The position numbers were made by a program, and so were the translations under genes. A stretch of 64,000 nucleotides of DNA from an uncultured Methanobrevibacter sp. (lineage in GTDB: Archaea; Methanobacteriota; Methanobacteria; Methanobacteriales; Methanobacteriaceae): the NCBI RefSeq assembly GCF_947170395.1, contig NZ_CAMVTE010000007.1:4576-68575 (forward strand). The letters run 5' to 3'. Under the pieces are notes generated by a model that did no database searches, was not told where the DNA came from, and saw only the letters and a program-made list of their open reading frames with translations. Of this stretch, positions 23,754 through 33,151 are shown piece by piece. Each line of letters opens with the position of its first letter. Positions within the stretch are counted from its first letter, which is position 1.

Positions 23754-24488
23754 ATGATTTCAAAAAAAGATGTAATCAAATTCATTAAAAAAGTTCATCT
23801 CGAAGATGTGACTAAATCTTACAAGGATTTGCTGAAGGATAATCGGGGAGGATTTTTAATTCCATTTGAGTTCAAATTGACTGACAGAGATTATGAGCGC
23901 TATCGCCACCTTCCCATCAACTGGTCGATTGGTCCGATAACCAAGGAGGATTTGCCTGATGAGTTTTCCCAAAGGGCGGTCAAGACTGTTGACATGTTTC
24001 GAAGAAAAACTTTTGATTTGGATTACGAATGCTTAATCTATTTCAACATTCATTCTGGCAATATAGTTTCATGTGCTTTTTCGGACAATAGGCATGATGA
24101 GGTTAATGCAGTAATTTTTCCGGATTGTATTGAAGGAATGCATATTGCATCTATACATAATCATCCTCATCAATATTATTCACCTCCTTCAGGCAAAAAT
24201 TTTGAGATGTTGGGTCTAGACTTTGAAGAATATGAAATAATTTCTGCTAAAAACAAATTATGGATTTTAGAATCAAAAGAAATGGTTTTTGATGATGAAA
24301 TAATTCAGGATATTCGTAAAAAGGCTAATGAATCATTTCAATCTTATTTGCATGATGCTAATTTCGTGTTGGATAATGGTTATCAGGTCATTGATAATGT
24401 AGAAAGGGATTATGGGATTTTTCTGTTAAACTATTTAAATAGTGAATTTGAAAATATTAAATTAACCAAGGTGGATTTAAATGACTGA
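23754..24488 (+). CDS. Hypothetical protein with JAB/MPN-like HxH motif
   Basis: YEC...SIHNHP...SPPSGKN. Confidence 0.6.
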   Translation: MISKKDVIKFIKKVHLEDVTKSYKDLLKDNRGGFLIPFEFKLTDRDYERYRHLPINWSIGPITKEDLPDEFSQRAVKTVDMFRRKTFDLDYECLIYFNIHSGNIVSCAFSDNRHDEVNAVIFPDCIEGMHIASIHNHPHQYYSPPSGKNFEMLGLDFEEYEIISAKNKLWILESKEMVFDDEIIQDIRKKANESFQSYLHDANFVLDNGYQVIDNVERDYGIFLLNYLNSEFENIKLTKVDLND

Positions 24489-24702
24489 TTTTGATTATAG
24501 GGGAATTCCAGTTCATGTTTCACGTGATGCCGGTTACAGTAAAATTGACTCCATTTCTCCTGAAAAACGAAAGAAAGCTAAAGAAAAAAAGAATAATTCA
24601 AATGTTAAAACCCGTATAGATGTGTTGGATGAGCTTTTTTCAAAAATGGGAGTTATAGTTCATCCTGAAAGAATGACAAATTGGTATGCATTTACTGATT
24701 AA
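24481..24702 (+). CDS. Small hypothetical protein overlapping the upstream gene
   Basis: 73 aa ORF, AAGGTGGA RBS-like sequence, 8 nt overlap. Confidence 0.55.
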   Translation: MTDFDYRGIPVHVSRDAGYSKIDSISPEKRKKAKEKKNNSNVKTRIDVLDELFSKMGVIVHPERMTNWYAFTD

Positions 24703-24730
24703 AAAAATAGTATGTTAGGAGCTTTGGCTC

Positions 24731-25348
24731 CTAATAGTCTTTTTCATCGAAGTCGATTCCATCCTTGAATTCGATTTTATCATCTTCGATTCCGACTAAA
24801 TCCTTGAATTCCTTCATTTTCAGTGTTTCTTTTTTATGCTCCAAAAAGCCATAAACGGATTTGTGTCTGGATCCGTTCAATATCATTTCAATGGCTTCTT
24901 TTGCAATCATGATGTTGTCCATCTCTCCAATCAGGGAAACGGTTTTACCATAAATCGCCATGTCAACTTCAGCCATTTCCATTATTATTTCACGTGTTTT
25001 CCCGTCTTTTCCGATAATTCTTCCTTTGTATCTTGCAAGGGCTTTTTTAGATTTTCCAATGTATAACGGTAAACTCAACACTTCAAGGTAAATGTCATCG
25101 CTGATTAATTTGAGTGCAACTTCAGGGTTGAATCCCCGTGCAATTGCCTTTACAATATGATTTGCATTCCAAACACCTAACGGGTCTTCCATGTCATCTC
25201 TAGGTGTGATATAAACTGTTCCATCTTCACTATCAATATCCAAAAAGGTTCCTGTCACTTTCTCAATGGATTTTTTTACTCCGCCATTGCTTCCGATTAA
25301 TGCCCCCACTCTATTTTGAGGTATTTTTAAATAATCTGTTTCCGGCAT
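24731..25348 (-). CDS. KH-domain rRNA processing protein (Dim2/Pno1-like)
   Basis: LIGSNG and GRIIGKDGKTR KH loops; AGGTGA RBS before ATG 25348. Confidence 0.88.
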   Translation of the reverse strand: MPETDYLKIPQNRVGALIGSNGGVKKSIEKVTGTFLDIDSEDGTVYITPRDDMEDPLGVWNANHIVKAIARGFNPEVALKLISDDIYLEVLSLPLYIGKSKKALARYKGRIIGKDGKTREIIMEMAEVDMAIYGKTVSLIGEMDNIMIAKEAIEMILNGSRHKSVYGFLEHKKETLKMKEFKDLVGIEDDKIEFKDGIDFDEKDY

Positions 25349-25501
25349 AATTTTCACCTTTTATTTCTAATTGTTATTAATTATCTAATCCTAATTTTTT
25401 AAATGTTTTCATTGACGGCAATTCAAACATTGATGAGAACAGTTAAATATGATGTTAACTATATTTTACCAAGTACAGCAATTTTAAACGGAGGATGTGG
25501 G

Positions 25502-26020
25502 ATGCGCAAGAATACTATATTTGCAATTTCTTTCTTTTTAATAGGTTTGGTGGTGTTGTTTTCATATCATTCTGGAGACCCCGTTCCTGGAGGAGATAAG
25601 TATAGGCTTCCAGAACCGAGGGAGATTGACATTAACGGCATTCCATTTGAAATCTCATGGGGATTTCTCGAGGATGAAAATTCACATGGCATTAAATATG
25701 GCGATGTCCTCTTAAATCATAATGCAACTGTAGCTGAGCGGACGTTTCACCAAAACGACATCATACTGCTTGACATCAAAGTCTATGACTTTAAAGGTAG
25801 TGATGTATCATATGAGGATTTGAATAAGCTGAATGACGGGTCCTGGCAAACCAAGTCAATCAATGGTGTTGACGGCATTTTTAAGATGGAATCTGTTGAC
25901 ACATATTCAGGTTTTGTTAAAAACACTCATCCAAGATATTATTTCACCTATATTAAGGACAATAAGCTTGTAATGATTCAGTGCGATAAGTTGAATACTT
26001 TAAATGATATTGTTGAATAG
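25502..26020 (+). CDS. Secreted or membrane-anchored hypothetical protein
   Basis: GGAGG RBS then MRKNTIFAISFFLIGLVVLFSY hydrophobic leader. Confidence 0.65.
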   Translation: MRKNTIFAISFFLIGLVVLFSYHSGDPVPGGDKYRLPEPREIDINGIPFEISWGFLEDENSHGIKYGDVLLNHNATVAERTFHQNDIILLDIKVYDFKGSDVSYEDLNKLNDGSWQTKSINGVDGIFKMESVDTYSGFVKNTHPRYYFTYIKDNKLVMIQCDKLNTLNDIVE

Positions 26021-26131
26021 AGTTTCTTTTTAATCTTAAATTCATTTTTAAAAATCTGGAATTGTCCAAATTTAAATATTTAATTCTACAAAAATAATTT
26101 CAACAGTCAACAATTTTTTGAGGAATTTCAG

Positions 26132-27340
26132 ATGGATTTGAAAAATAACCTGCTTTTAACAGCCTATACGATAATGGTTGGAATTGTGGCCGGATTGATT
26201 ATATGGGGTTTTATTCGGGCAATGAACTTTGGAATTCATCTGTTGTGGGTTTATCTGCCGGGATTGATTAATTTCAAATATTATACTGTTGTTGTATGTC
26301 TGGCAGGCGGAATTATAATAGGTTTGTGGAAAAGCAGGTATGGTGACAGTCCGGAAGATTTAAATGAGGTAATTAAAACGGTCAAGGAGAATCACAGATA
26401 CTCCTATGCCAATATTTTCCCGTCAATTGTATCTTCCATATTGCCGCTGATATTCGGTGCAAGTATCGGACCTGAAGCGGGTTTGACAGGCATTATTGCA
26501 GGGCTTTGTACTTGGGTGGGAGACAAATTGAAGATATTCAATGAGGAGCTTGAGGAATTGGCCAATATAGGTATTACCGCAACATTGGGTACGGTATTTG
26601 TCTCTCCGATGTTCGGTTTTGTGGAACCTATAGAAAATGAGCAAAGCAGTCTTCCAAAAACCTCAAAAAACATTCTGTATTTTGTAGCCATTTTAAGTTC
26701 CTTTGGAATATTCATTTTCCTCAATCATCTGACTCATAATCAGGCAGGTCTTCACTCAATGGGCACGGCCACATTGTCAAATCTGAATTATCCTGCTTTA
26801 ATAGTGCTGATAATTTTGGGAATGATTCTGTCATATGTATATTTCTTAAGCCATCGTTTGTCCAAAAAATTATTTAAAAAGCTGGAGGGCAATTTCATTG
26901 TCAAGGGAGCAATTGGCGGTTTGATTTTAGGAATAATCGGAACTTTACTGCCTTTGACAATGTTTTCAGGTGAACATCAGATGTATATGCTATTGGATAA
27001 CGGTGCCCAGCTGGGATTTGCCGTTTTGATTTTGACAAGTGTCGTGAAGATAGTTCTGACAAACGTTTGCATAGAAACTGGCCTTAAGGGTGGGCATTTC
27101 TTCCCACTGATATTTTCAGGAACCTCGATGGGATATGCTTTGGGCGTTCTTTTGAATATGGATCCGATAATTTCAATGTCTGTTGTTACAGCATCTTTCA
27201 TGGCCAGCATTTTAAGAAAACCGATAGCTGTGGTATTGCTTTTGATAATTATATTTCCTATGAATTTGATTCCGTTGATGCTGGTGGCTGCTGTGGCGGC
27301 TTGTTTGTTGGATGTTCCTAAATTTTTAGAGGCTATGTAG
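26132..27340 (+). CDS. CLC family chloride/fluoride channel protein
   Basis: GASIGPEAG, GGHFFP, FSGE; many TM helices. Confidence 0.85.
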   Translation: MDLKNNLLLTAYTIMVGIVAGLIIWGFIRAMNFGIHLLWVYLPGLINFKYYTVVVCLAGGIIIGLWKSRYGDSPEDLNEVIKTVKENHRYSYANIFPSIVSSILPLIFGASIGPEAGLTGIIAGLCTWVGDKLKIFNEELEELANIGITATLGTVFVSPMFGFVEPIENEQSSLPKTSKNILYFVAILSSFGIFIFLNHLTHNQAGLHSMGTATLSNLNYPALIVLIILGMILSYVYFLSHRLSKKLFKKLEGNFIVKGAIGGLILGIIGTLLPLTMFSGEHQMYMLLDNGAQLGFAVLILTSVVKIVLTNVCIETGLKGGHFFPLIFSGTSMGYALGVLLNMDPIISMSVVTASFMASILRKPIAVVLLLIIIFPMNLIPLMLVAAVAACLLDVPKFLEAM

Positions 27341-27349
27341 GTTTGTTTG

Positions 27350-27387
27350 ATAAATTGGGTGTTATCTAAACTTGGAATCCACATATT
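27350..27387 (+). repeat. Imperfect direct repeat, copy 1 (duplicate of rio1 3' end; att-like)
   Basis: ATAAATTGGGTGTTATCTAAA-CTTGGAATCCACATATT matches 33150-33188 at 34 of 39 aligned positions by hand. Confidence 0.75.
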
Positions 27388-27787
27388 TTCGTAAAAACGA
27401 TTTTTTACTTGCAGCTCTTCGGGCAGCATTTTTCTGTAATAAAATTTGGACCTAACTTAATATAAATTTGTATAATTTTAATGATGTGTTCAATATTATT
27501 TTATCCATGTAATATTGCTTTATACTTGAAAAATTGTATTTATTTCATTTTATTTACTTCATTTTGACTGTTTTGTTAGATATTTTTGATTTTAAGAATT
27601 ATAGGTAGGTTTAAATATACAATAATACAAATTATATATATGTCTGAAATCATGTTGGGTTAGGGTTATTACTGTTAGAAATAACGTTAGTCAGCTAATA
27701 TTTAATATGATTTAAATATAAATAGAGAATATAAAAAAGTAAAATAAAATTTGGAGAAAGTATTGTTCAATTAAGGAGGAATTTTTC

Positions 27788-28399
27788 ATGATGTCTCAAC
27801 TTGTGGAAATATTATTCGATGATTTAAAAGGTAATTTAGGAAAACAATACATATTATCCCTTTTAGATAGTAATAACCAAGAACCTGTCCATGGGAAAAC
27901 TCGTTTAATGAAGGAATTGTTTTTCATATCTTTAAATGTTCCTGAATTAAGTAAAGAATTTGAATTTGAAGCAGACAACTATGGTCCAAGCAGTGATGTG
28001 ATAATGGGATACATAGATGATATGAGTCAAATGAAATTAATTGCTGCTGAAAAAAGAAGCCATGGAAATGTAACTTACAGTTTAGGTGAATATGGAAAAA
28101 AATTCCTCGAACAAGAAAATTTAGACCTTGATTATGAATTAATCTCTGAAATGAAAATATTATGTCATGGTATAACTAATGATGAACTGTTGGCATTAAC
28201 TTATTTTTCATTTCCGGAAATGACTGAAGAATCATTGGTAAAAAATAAAATATGGGCTAAACGTCAAAAGTTGGCATTAGGATTGTATAGTAAAGGCAAA
28301 GTTAGTCTTGAAAAAGCGGTCGAAATCTCCGGATTAAATTATAGGGAATTCCTAGATTTATTAAATTCTAGAAATATAAAAGTGGAGTTAGTATTATGA
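27788..28399 (+). CDS. SocA/Panacea(YwgA)-like N-domain fused to UPF0175-like HTH; putative antitoxin
   Basis: GKTRLMKELF...FEADNYGPSS N-terminus; LALGLYSKGKVSLEKAVEISGLNYREFLDLL C-terminus; AAGGAGG RBS. Confidence 0.65.
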   Translation: MMSQLVEILFDDLKGNLGKQYILSLLDSNNQEPVHGKTRLMKELFFISLNVPELSKEFEFEADNYGPSSDVIMGYIDDMSQMKLIAAEKRSHGNVTYSLGEYGKKFLEQENLDLDYELISEMKILCHGITNDELLALTYFSFPEMTEESLVKNKIWAKRQKLALGLYSKGKVSLEKAVEISGLNYREFLDLLNSRNIKVELVL

Positions 28400-28902
28400 A
28401 ACTAATGGACACTTCAAGCATGGTACTATTTTTAGAGTTTATTTCAGAATATGAATTTCTAATTAAATTTTCTGAATCAGGTGAAGTAATGATTATCACC
28501 GCACAAGTAGAAGAAGAATACAATGAGAAAAAAGATTCATCGATACAAAATCCAAATTATAATTTAGATAAACTATTAGAAAAAGAAATAATTATTAAAG
28601 AAACCTGTGAAATTAATGAAATATTCAAAAGAAGATACTTTAAATTAGGAATCGGTGAAAAAAGTATCATGAGTCTGGCTTTAGAATATCAAGAACATGG
28701 CTATGAATGTTATTGTGTTCTTGATGACAAATATGCTAGAGATGTTTGCCAAAAATTGGAATTGAATGTCAAAGGATCTATTGGATTACTAGTGCTTCTA
28801 AAAGAAAAAGGATTACTTGAAAATCCAAATGAAGTTGCCAATAAAATTCGCGAATCTCCATTCAGAATATCAAATACAGTATTGGAGGTATTAAATGCAT
28901 AA
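28396..28902 (+). CDS. PIN-domain nuclease (DUF3368-like)
   Basis: MDTSS, VEEE, LGIGE, LDDKYAR, GSIGLL; 4 nt overlap with upstream gene. Confidence 0.8.
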   Translation: MKLMDTSSMVLFLEFISEYEFLIKFSESGEVMIITAQVEEEYNEKKDSSIQNPNYNLDKLLEKEIIIKETCEINEIFKRRYFKLGIGEKSIMSLALEYQEHGYECYCVLDDKYARDVCQKLELNVKGSIGLLVLLKEKGLLENPNEVANKIRESPFRISNTVLEVLNA

Positions 28903-30066
28903 AGTTAAAGTATCACATCAAGAAATAGATGAAGATTTATTCATTCGTTCTGAAAAACTTAAAATCAATAACAAAACATTAAGAACTCCAATAAAAGCAG
29001 TTAACATGCCTAGCTTAAGGAATGATGTTCCTTTAAACCCTATTGTTAAAGGTGTGAATGAAATCTTTAAAACATTCAAATACAAGGATATTAAAGGATA
29101 TTGCACTGGTGAAAAAGATGAAACAAATATTTATAAAAGCATCAATACTCCATTAAATAAAACTGATAGGAATACTGAAGTCAACATATGTTTCATTCAA
29201 TTGCCAGATTCACAATTGCCTCAAGACAATGAAATTGATTTTATAGCTAATGTTTCTTATGTTTACTCAGATATTACTCCATTACCCTTAGTTCAAAGTT
29301 TGTTTAAAGGTAATGATGGTATTAAAGATTTGGGAGTGTTAATGAGTTCATGCAAAAATGTATAGACTCGATTAACAGATTAAATAATAAACCTATACTT
29401 GGAATTATTCCGGGAACTATCCCCTCTCCATTAGTGGGATTCCTGATTGATTTTTATTATAAGAATGATATCACTTCATTTGCTTTTGATTTCCAAGGAA
29501 GAATCCATAAAAACTATGAAGTTCAAATCAGGGCTATGATTACTAAAATTTTAGAATTGGACATCTCCAACGAGTCTTTCCTATACTCCTGCAATACTCA
29601 AAGAGGAAAAGTAAGCAAAGGATCAACTATCATTAAAGGCAATGATATTGCGGTTTATAATTATGGTTTTGATGTGATGGGGGATTCTCATGTCAAATCT
29701 AAATGGCCCCCTGATGTTGCAAGAAAACTGAATGAACGTGCAGGTAATGATTTAAATATCAGATTATTTAATTCAGATGATTATGGGCATTATAAATTTT
29801 CAGATTTGGATGCTATTAAAAAAATGTATCCATTTAATGAAACTGCAATTACTTTAGATTGCTTTGACCCAGCTATCATAAAGCAAAGGGCAACAGATTC
29901 TCAGAAGTTGTTCAATACTGAACGTGTTGGATTGGAATTAATGAAATATAAACACATGTTAAACCGAAGTGAATCAACTTATGAGTATATCAATACTAAA
30001 GAACAAATTAGGGATTCTCTAGATAAATTTAGAGTGTATAGATCTAATTTGGATAAACTATTATAA
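28895..30066 (+). pseudogene. Frameshifted ~390 aa protein, possibly a TGT-like (tRNA-guanine transglycosylase fold) TIM barrel
   Basis: ORFs 28895-29365 and 29350-30066 join by adding one A at ATTAAAGATTT (~29321-29331); N-terminal RSEKLKINNKTLRTP, GFDVMGD and FNTERVGLEL recall TGT segments. Confidence 0.5.
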
Positions 30067-30103
30067 TTTTAGGTTATTTTTATTAATTATTAGCAGGTAC
30101 ATC

Positions 30104-30613
30104 ATGTCAGGGTATGAAACGGTTTACGCAAATAATAATGTGATGGATGATTTTTCAGACATTCTTAACAAGTTTTACAATTCCGTTAAAGATAAATTCA
30201 CTAAAAATGAAGAAATATCTTTTGATGAGATTATTATCAAATATTCAGAAGATAATGAATTTCTGAAAGATTTAGACTTCATTAAATCTTCCTTAAATGA
30301 AATTTCAGAAATGATGGAACAAATCAACTTTGAAAATGATGAATATTATAACTTTGCATCAATCAAAAGAATGATTATCTACATTGTTGATAATCCTGAA
30401 AAATACTTTTTCCAGTCTCATTTCATAGTACTTCTTTTAAAAAACTTCAACGATTTGATTGTTAAAGAAAGACAATTGGATGATTATCAAGAAGAATATG
30501 AGAAATTTGATAAGTTCTTATATGAACAGGAAGATTACTTCTACACTGAAATCTTTGACGGTGATTCAAAATATGATGATGCAATAGATAAAGTAACAAA
30601 TATCTTGGGGTAG
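30104..30613 (+). CDS. Acidic helical hypothetical protein
   Basis: 169 aa ORF with GCAGGT RBS-like sequence. Confidence 0.65.
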   Translation: MSGYETVYANNNVMDDFSDILNKFYNSVKDKFTKNEEISFDEIIIKYSEDNEFLKDLDFIKSSLNEISEMMEQINFENDEYYNFASIKRMIIYIVDNPEKYFFQSHFIVLLLKNFNDLIVKERQLDDYQEEYEKFDKFLYEQEDYFYTEIFDGDSKYDDAIDKVTNILG

Positions 30614-30617
30614 GCTA

Positions 30618-30674
30618 ATGAATACCTTTTTAGACACTAATGTAATAATAGGTTACATTTATAATATTGAATGA
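30618..30674 (+). pseudogene. Truncated PIN-domain gene (N-terminal remnant)
   Basis: MNTFLDTNVIIGYIYNIE*, starting 4 nt after the previous stop; FLDTNV is the PIN first-strand motif. Confidence 0.6.
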
Positions 30675-32131
30675 TTTAATATCGGATTAATATAAAATAT
30701 ATATTAAATTTAAAAAACCAGCGGATGTTAATGTTGGACAATTTAATATATCAAATGCATTATCATTATTAGTTTTTAATAAAAAAGTCAATAATTAGTA
30801 TTGGAGGAAATTCATGACAAAAAAATTCATTATTAGAGATGATGATAATCCTAAAATTATTCACAATGATTTGTCAGATTATCTTGATGTTGAATCTATT
30901 TTAAAAAAGGATTATGAATATATTTATGAATCTATTCTAAATGAAGGATTTATATTGGAAAATAAGTTAGGGGATGTTTTTAAAGAAATATTATTTGAAA
31001 ACAAAGTCGTAGGGTTTGCTTTTTATGAATTAAATTCTGCAACGGATTTTGTTTTAAATGAAATTTATGTTTTACCGGAATTTAGAGGCAATTCATTATT
31101 TTTATTGGAAATTTATATACTTCTTGCAGCAGGCAATTCATTAAGTATTTTGCAGCCAACAAAAAATCTTGTTGAAATTTTGATTCATTATGGATTTGCA
31201 TCTAAATTAAGTAAAAATATTGTAGCTAGTGCCATTAGCTTTGATTTTAAAAATGAAGATATCTTATCCAATTCTAATGAAGAATTTGATGATGAGCAGA
31301 TAATGTCTTCCAATATTTATGATTTAGATATTCGCTCCAGTTTATTTCTTATGGATATTTCAACTCCAGGACGAAATATTATTTATTATCACGAAGAACT
31401 TGAAAATGATTTTAATGAGTATGGAAAACGTAAATCATTAAATGATAGTTATTTTAATGAAATCAAAGATTTATTCCTGCAGAATTCTGAAGAATTTGCT
31501 CAAATAATGTTTGATTTAAAAGATAAATTGCCGAAGTCTCAATTGGGATTTGATATAGTTGTAGGGCATGGCGATGAATTTTCAGATTATATGCAAGATA
31601 TGATTGATGATGGAATCATTTCTAAAAATAAAGCTCAGGAAATTAAGGATGTTTTAACAGAAGAATATGAACGTGGTGAAGTTACAGATGATGGAATAAT
31701 CACCCGTTTTAACTTTTTCCTAAACGATTTGGATTCACAAATAGACATATTGGATATTTTTCAGTTGAATACAAAGATATGTCCATATTGTTACAACCCC
31801 ATAAATTTATCTGATGAATCATGTCAAATCTGTGGTTATAATCTGTTATATGAGCCTGATTGATGATGATTTTGAAGAGGGATTCTCATTGATAAAGAAA
31901 ATATTTCTTCTTCCCTGTCGGAGTTATTTGAAAGATAAAATAGAAAATACAAACTTGAAAATATTAATTATGGAAAAGAGTATCCCACAAGCTATGATTT
32001 GGATCAATTTAAAATTTTAAAATTCATTGATGAATATCATAATTTGGATTTGGCATTTATTATAATTAATAATTTAAAATTGCCTTAGGATATATTTTCT
32101 GAATTATTATTTAGTGAAGAATATGTTACTT

Positions 32132-32390
32132 TTCAACTACCCCGACCTGTAGAGGTCGTGGATTGTGAGTTATTTTCACAATCCGCTAGTTGAATAGCCT
32201 CAGACTTATTATTAATAAGTCTACGTTATTGAGAAATATTATAGTTACCTATAGATGTTTAAGCCTAGTCTGTAGCTCTAAGGTGGGCGATTAAACAGTT
32301 CTGAGATGGTAAGAACAGTGTTGCTCACATATAAAACTCTCAAATAACATTGGCGAAGGCTAAACTTACCCAGGAATAGGGGGTAAACTT
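32132..32390 (+). ncRNA. HEARO / IscB omega-RNA scaffold
   Basis: TTCAACTA pairs with TAGTTGAA (32187-32194); hallmark blocks AGCCT, CTACGTTA, CCTAGTC..TAGCTCT, TTAAACAGTTCT..GAACAGTG, AACATTGGCGAAGG; 3' end approximate. Confidence 0.85.
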
Positions 32391-32468
32391 TATATTAGTT
32401 TACAAACTAAACAAAACGGCAATTCCTCCTCGACCTAAAAGAGGTCGAGGTATCCTTGCCAAATATAG
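32132..32468 (+). mobile_element. Non-autonomous IS200/IS605 (IscB-type) element lacking iscB and tnpA
   Basis: Matching end hairpins CGACCT-GTAG-AGGTCG (32143-32158) and CCTCGACCT-AAAAG-AGGTCGAGG (32428-32450) inside GGCAA...TTGCC; GC-richer than flanks; interrupts a reading frame. Confidence 0.85.
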
Positions 32469-33031
32469 ATGAATTTTTTAATCAGGTTTGATTTCGATGA
32501 TTTTAACAGATTTCATGATGTTAATGATGGGGATTTCAACCAAATAGTTTCTAAATATCTTGATGAGCATATTAAACTGGCTAAGAAGAAAAGAGATTTT
32601 GACTATTTGATAAATTGTTTTTCTGCTAAAGCAACATTTTGTGTATTGGATGAAAATCTAGATGATGCGCTAAACTGGGAAATGATGAGATTTTGTTTAG
32701 CAATTAATCCAGTATATTTAGATAAAGAATATTATAATTTTTACTTACCTTTAAACCAAGAAAATATAGATAATTTAAGGTTATTGAAAGATGAATTTTC
32801 AATTAAAATATTAATGGATTCATTTGAAAAATCTTGGGATTATTTTAAGTTTAATAGGGGCATTGTTTCAAAAGAGGATGCTAAAGTTATTCTTGAAAGA
32901 CTGCTAAATAATCATGAGGATTTGAAATTAATTAATAAAGAAATTAAAGGAAAATACTTTGGGAAAAATCGCAGTGACGATACTCTTCAGATGAATTTGA
33001 ATGATTACTTTAAATGAATGGAGTTGGTTTT

Positions 33032-33151
33032 TCAGGATTCAAATTCATCTTTGAATTCCCTATAGGAATTGTAATCACTTTTTAATTGTTTTTTAACAAA
33101 TCTAATTAATTCATCATCTTTTAGATTATCAAAGATCTCATCAATTTCCAT
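33032..33151 (-). pseudogene. Short gene remnant at the island edge
   Basis: MEIDEIFDNLKDDELIRFVKKQLKSDYNSYREFKDEFES* begins 14 nt after the rio1 stop. Confidence 0.4.

Larger units (their letters stand above)
30814..33017 (+). pseudogene. Decayed large hypothetical gene (GNAT-like N-domain, Zn ribbon, helical C-terminus) interrupted by the omega-RNA element
   Basis: 349 aa ORF (EIYVLPEFRG; CPYC..CQIC), then protein-like frame with stops (ILIDKEN...ER*NRKY...YGKEYPTSYD...LP*DIFSELLFSEEYVT), resuming at 32469-33017. Confidence 0.6.
27388..33149. mobile_element. AT-rich integrated island at the rio1 3' end (no integrase visible)
   Basis: Flanking direct repeats, visibly lower GC, TA-like and decayed cargo. 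Confidence 0.65.

Noticed and set aside
32469-33017. ORF directly after the omega-RNA as a possible iscB or novel effector
   Set aside because: No PLMP, RuvC or HNH motifs; it lies outside the end hairpin, and its ATG is part of the ATGAA junction of the interrupted host gene.
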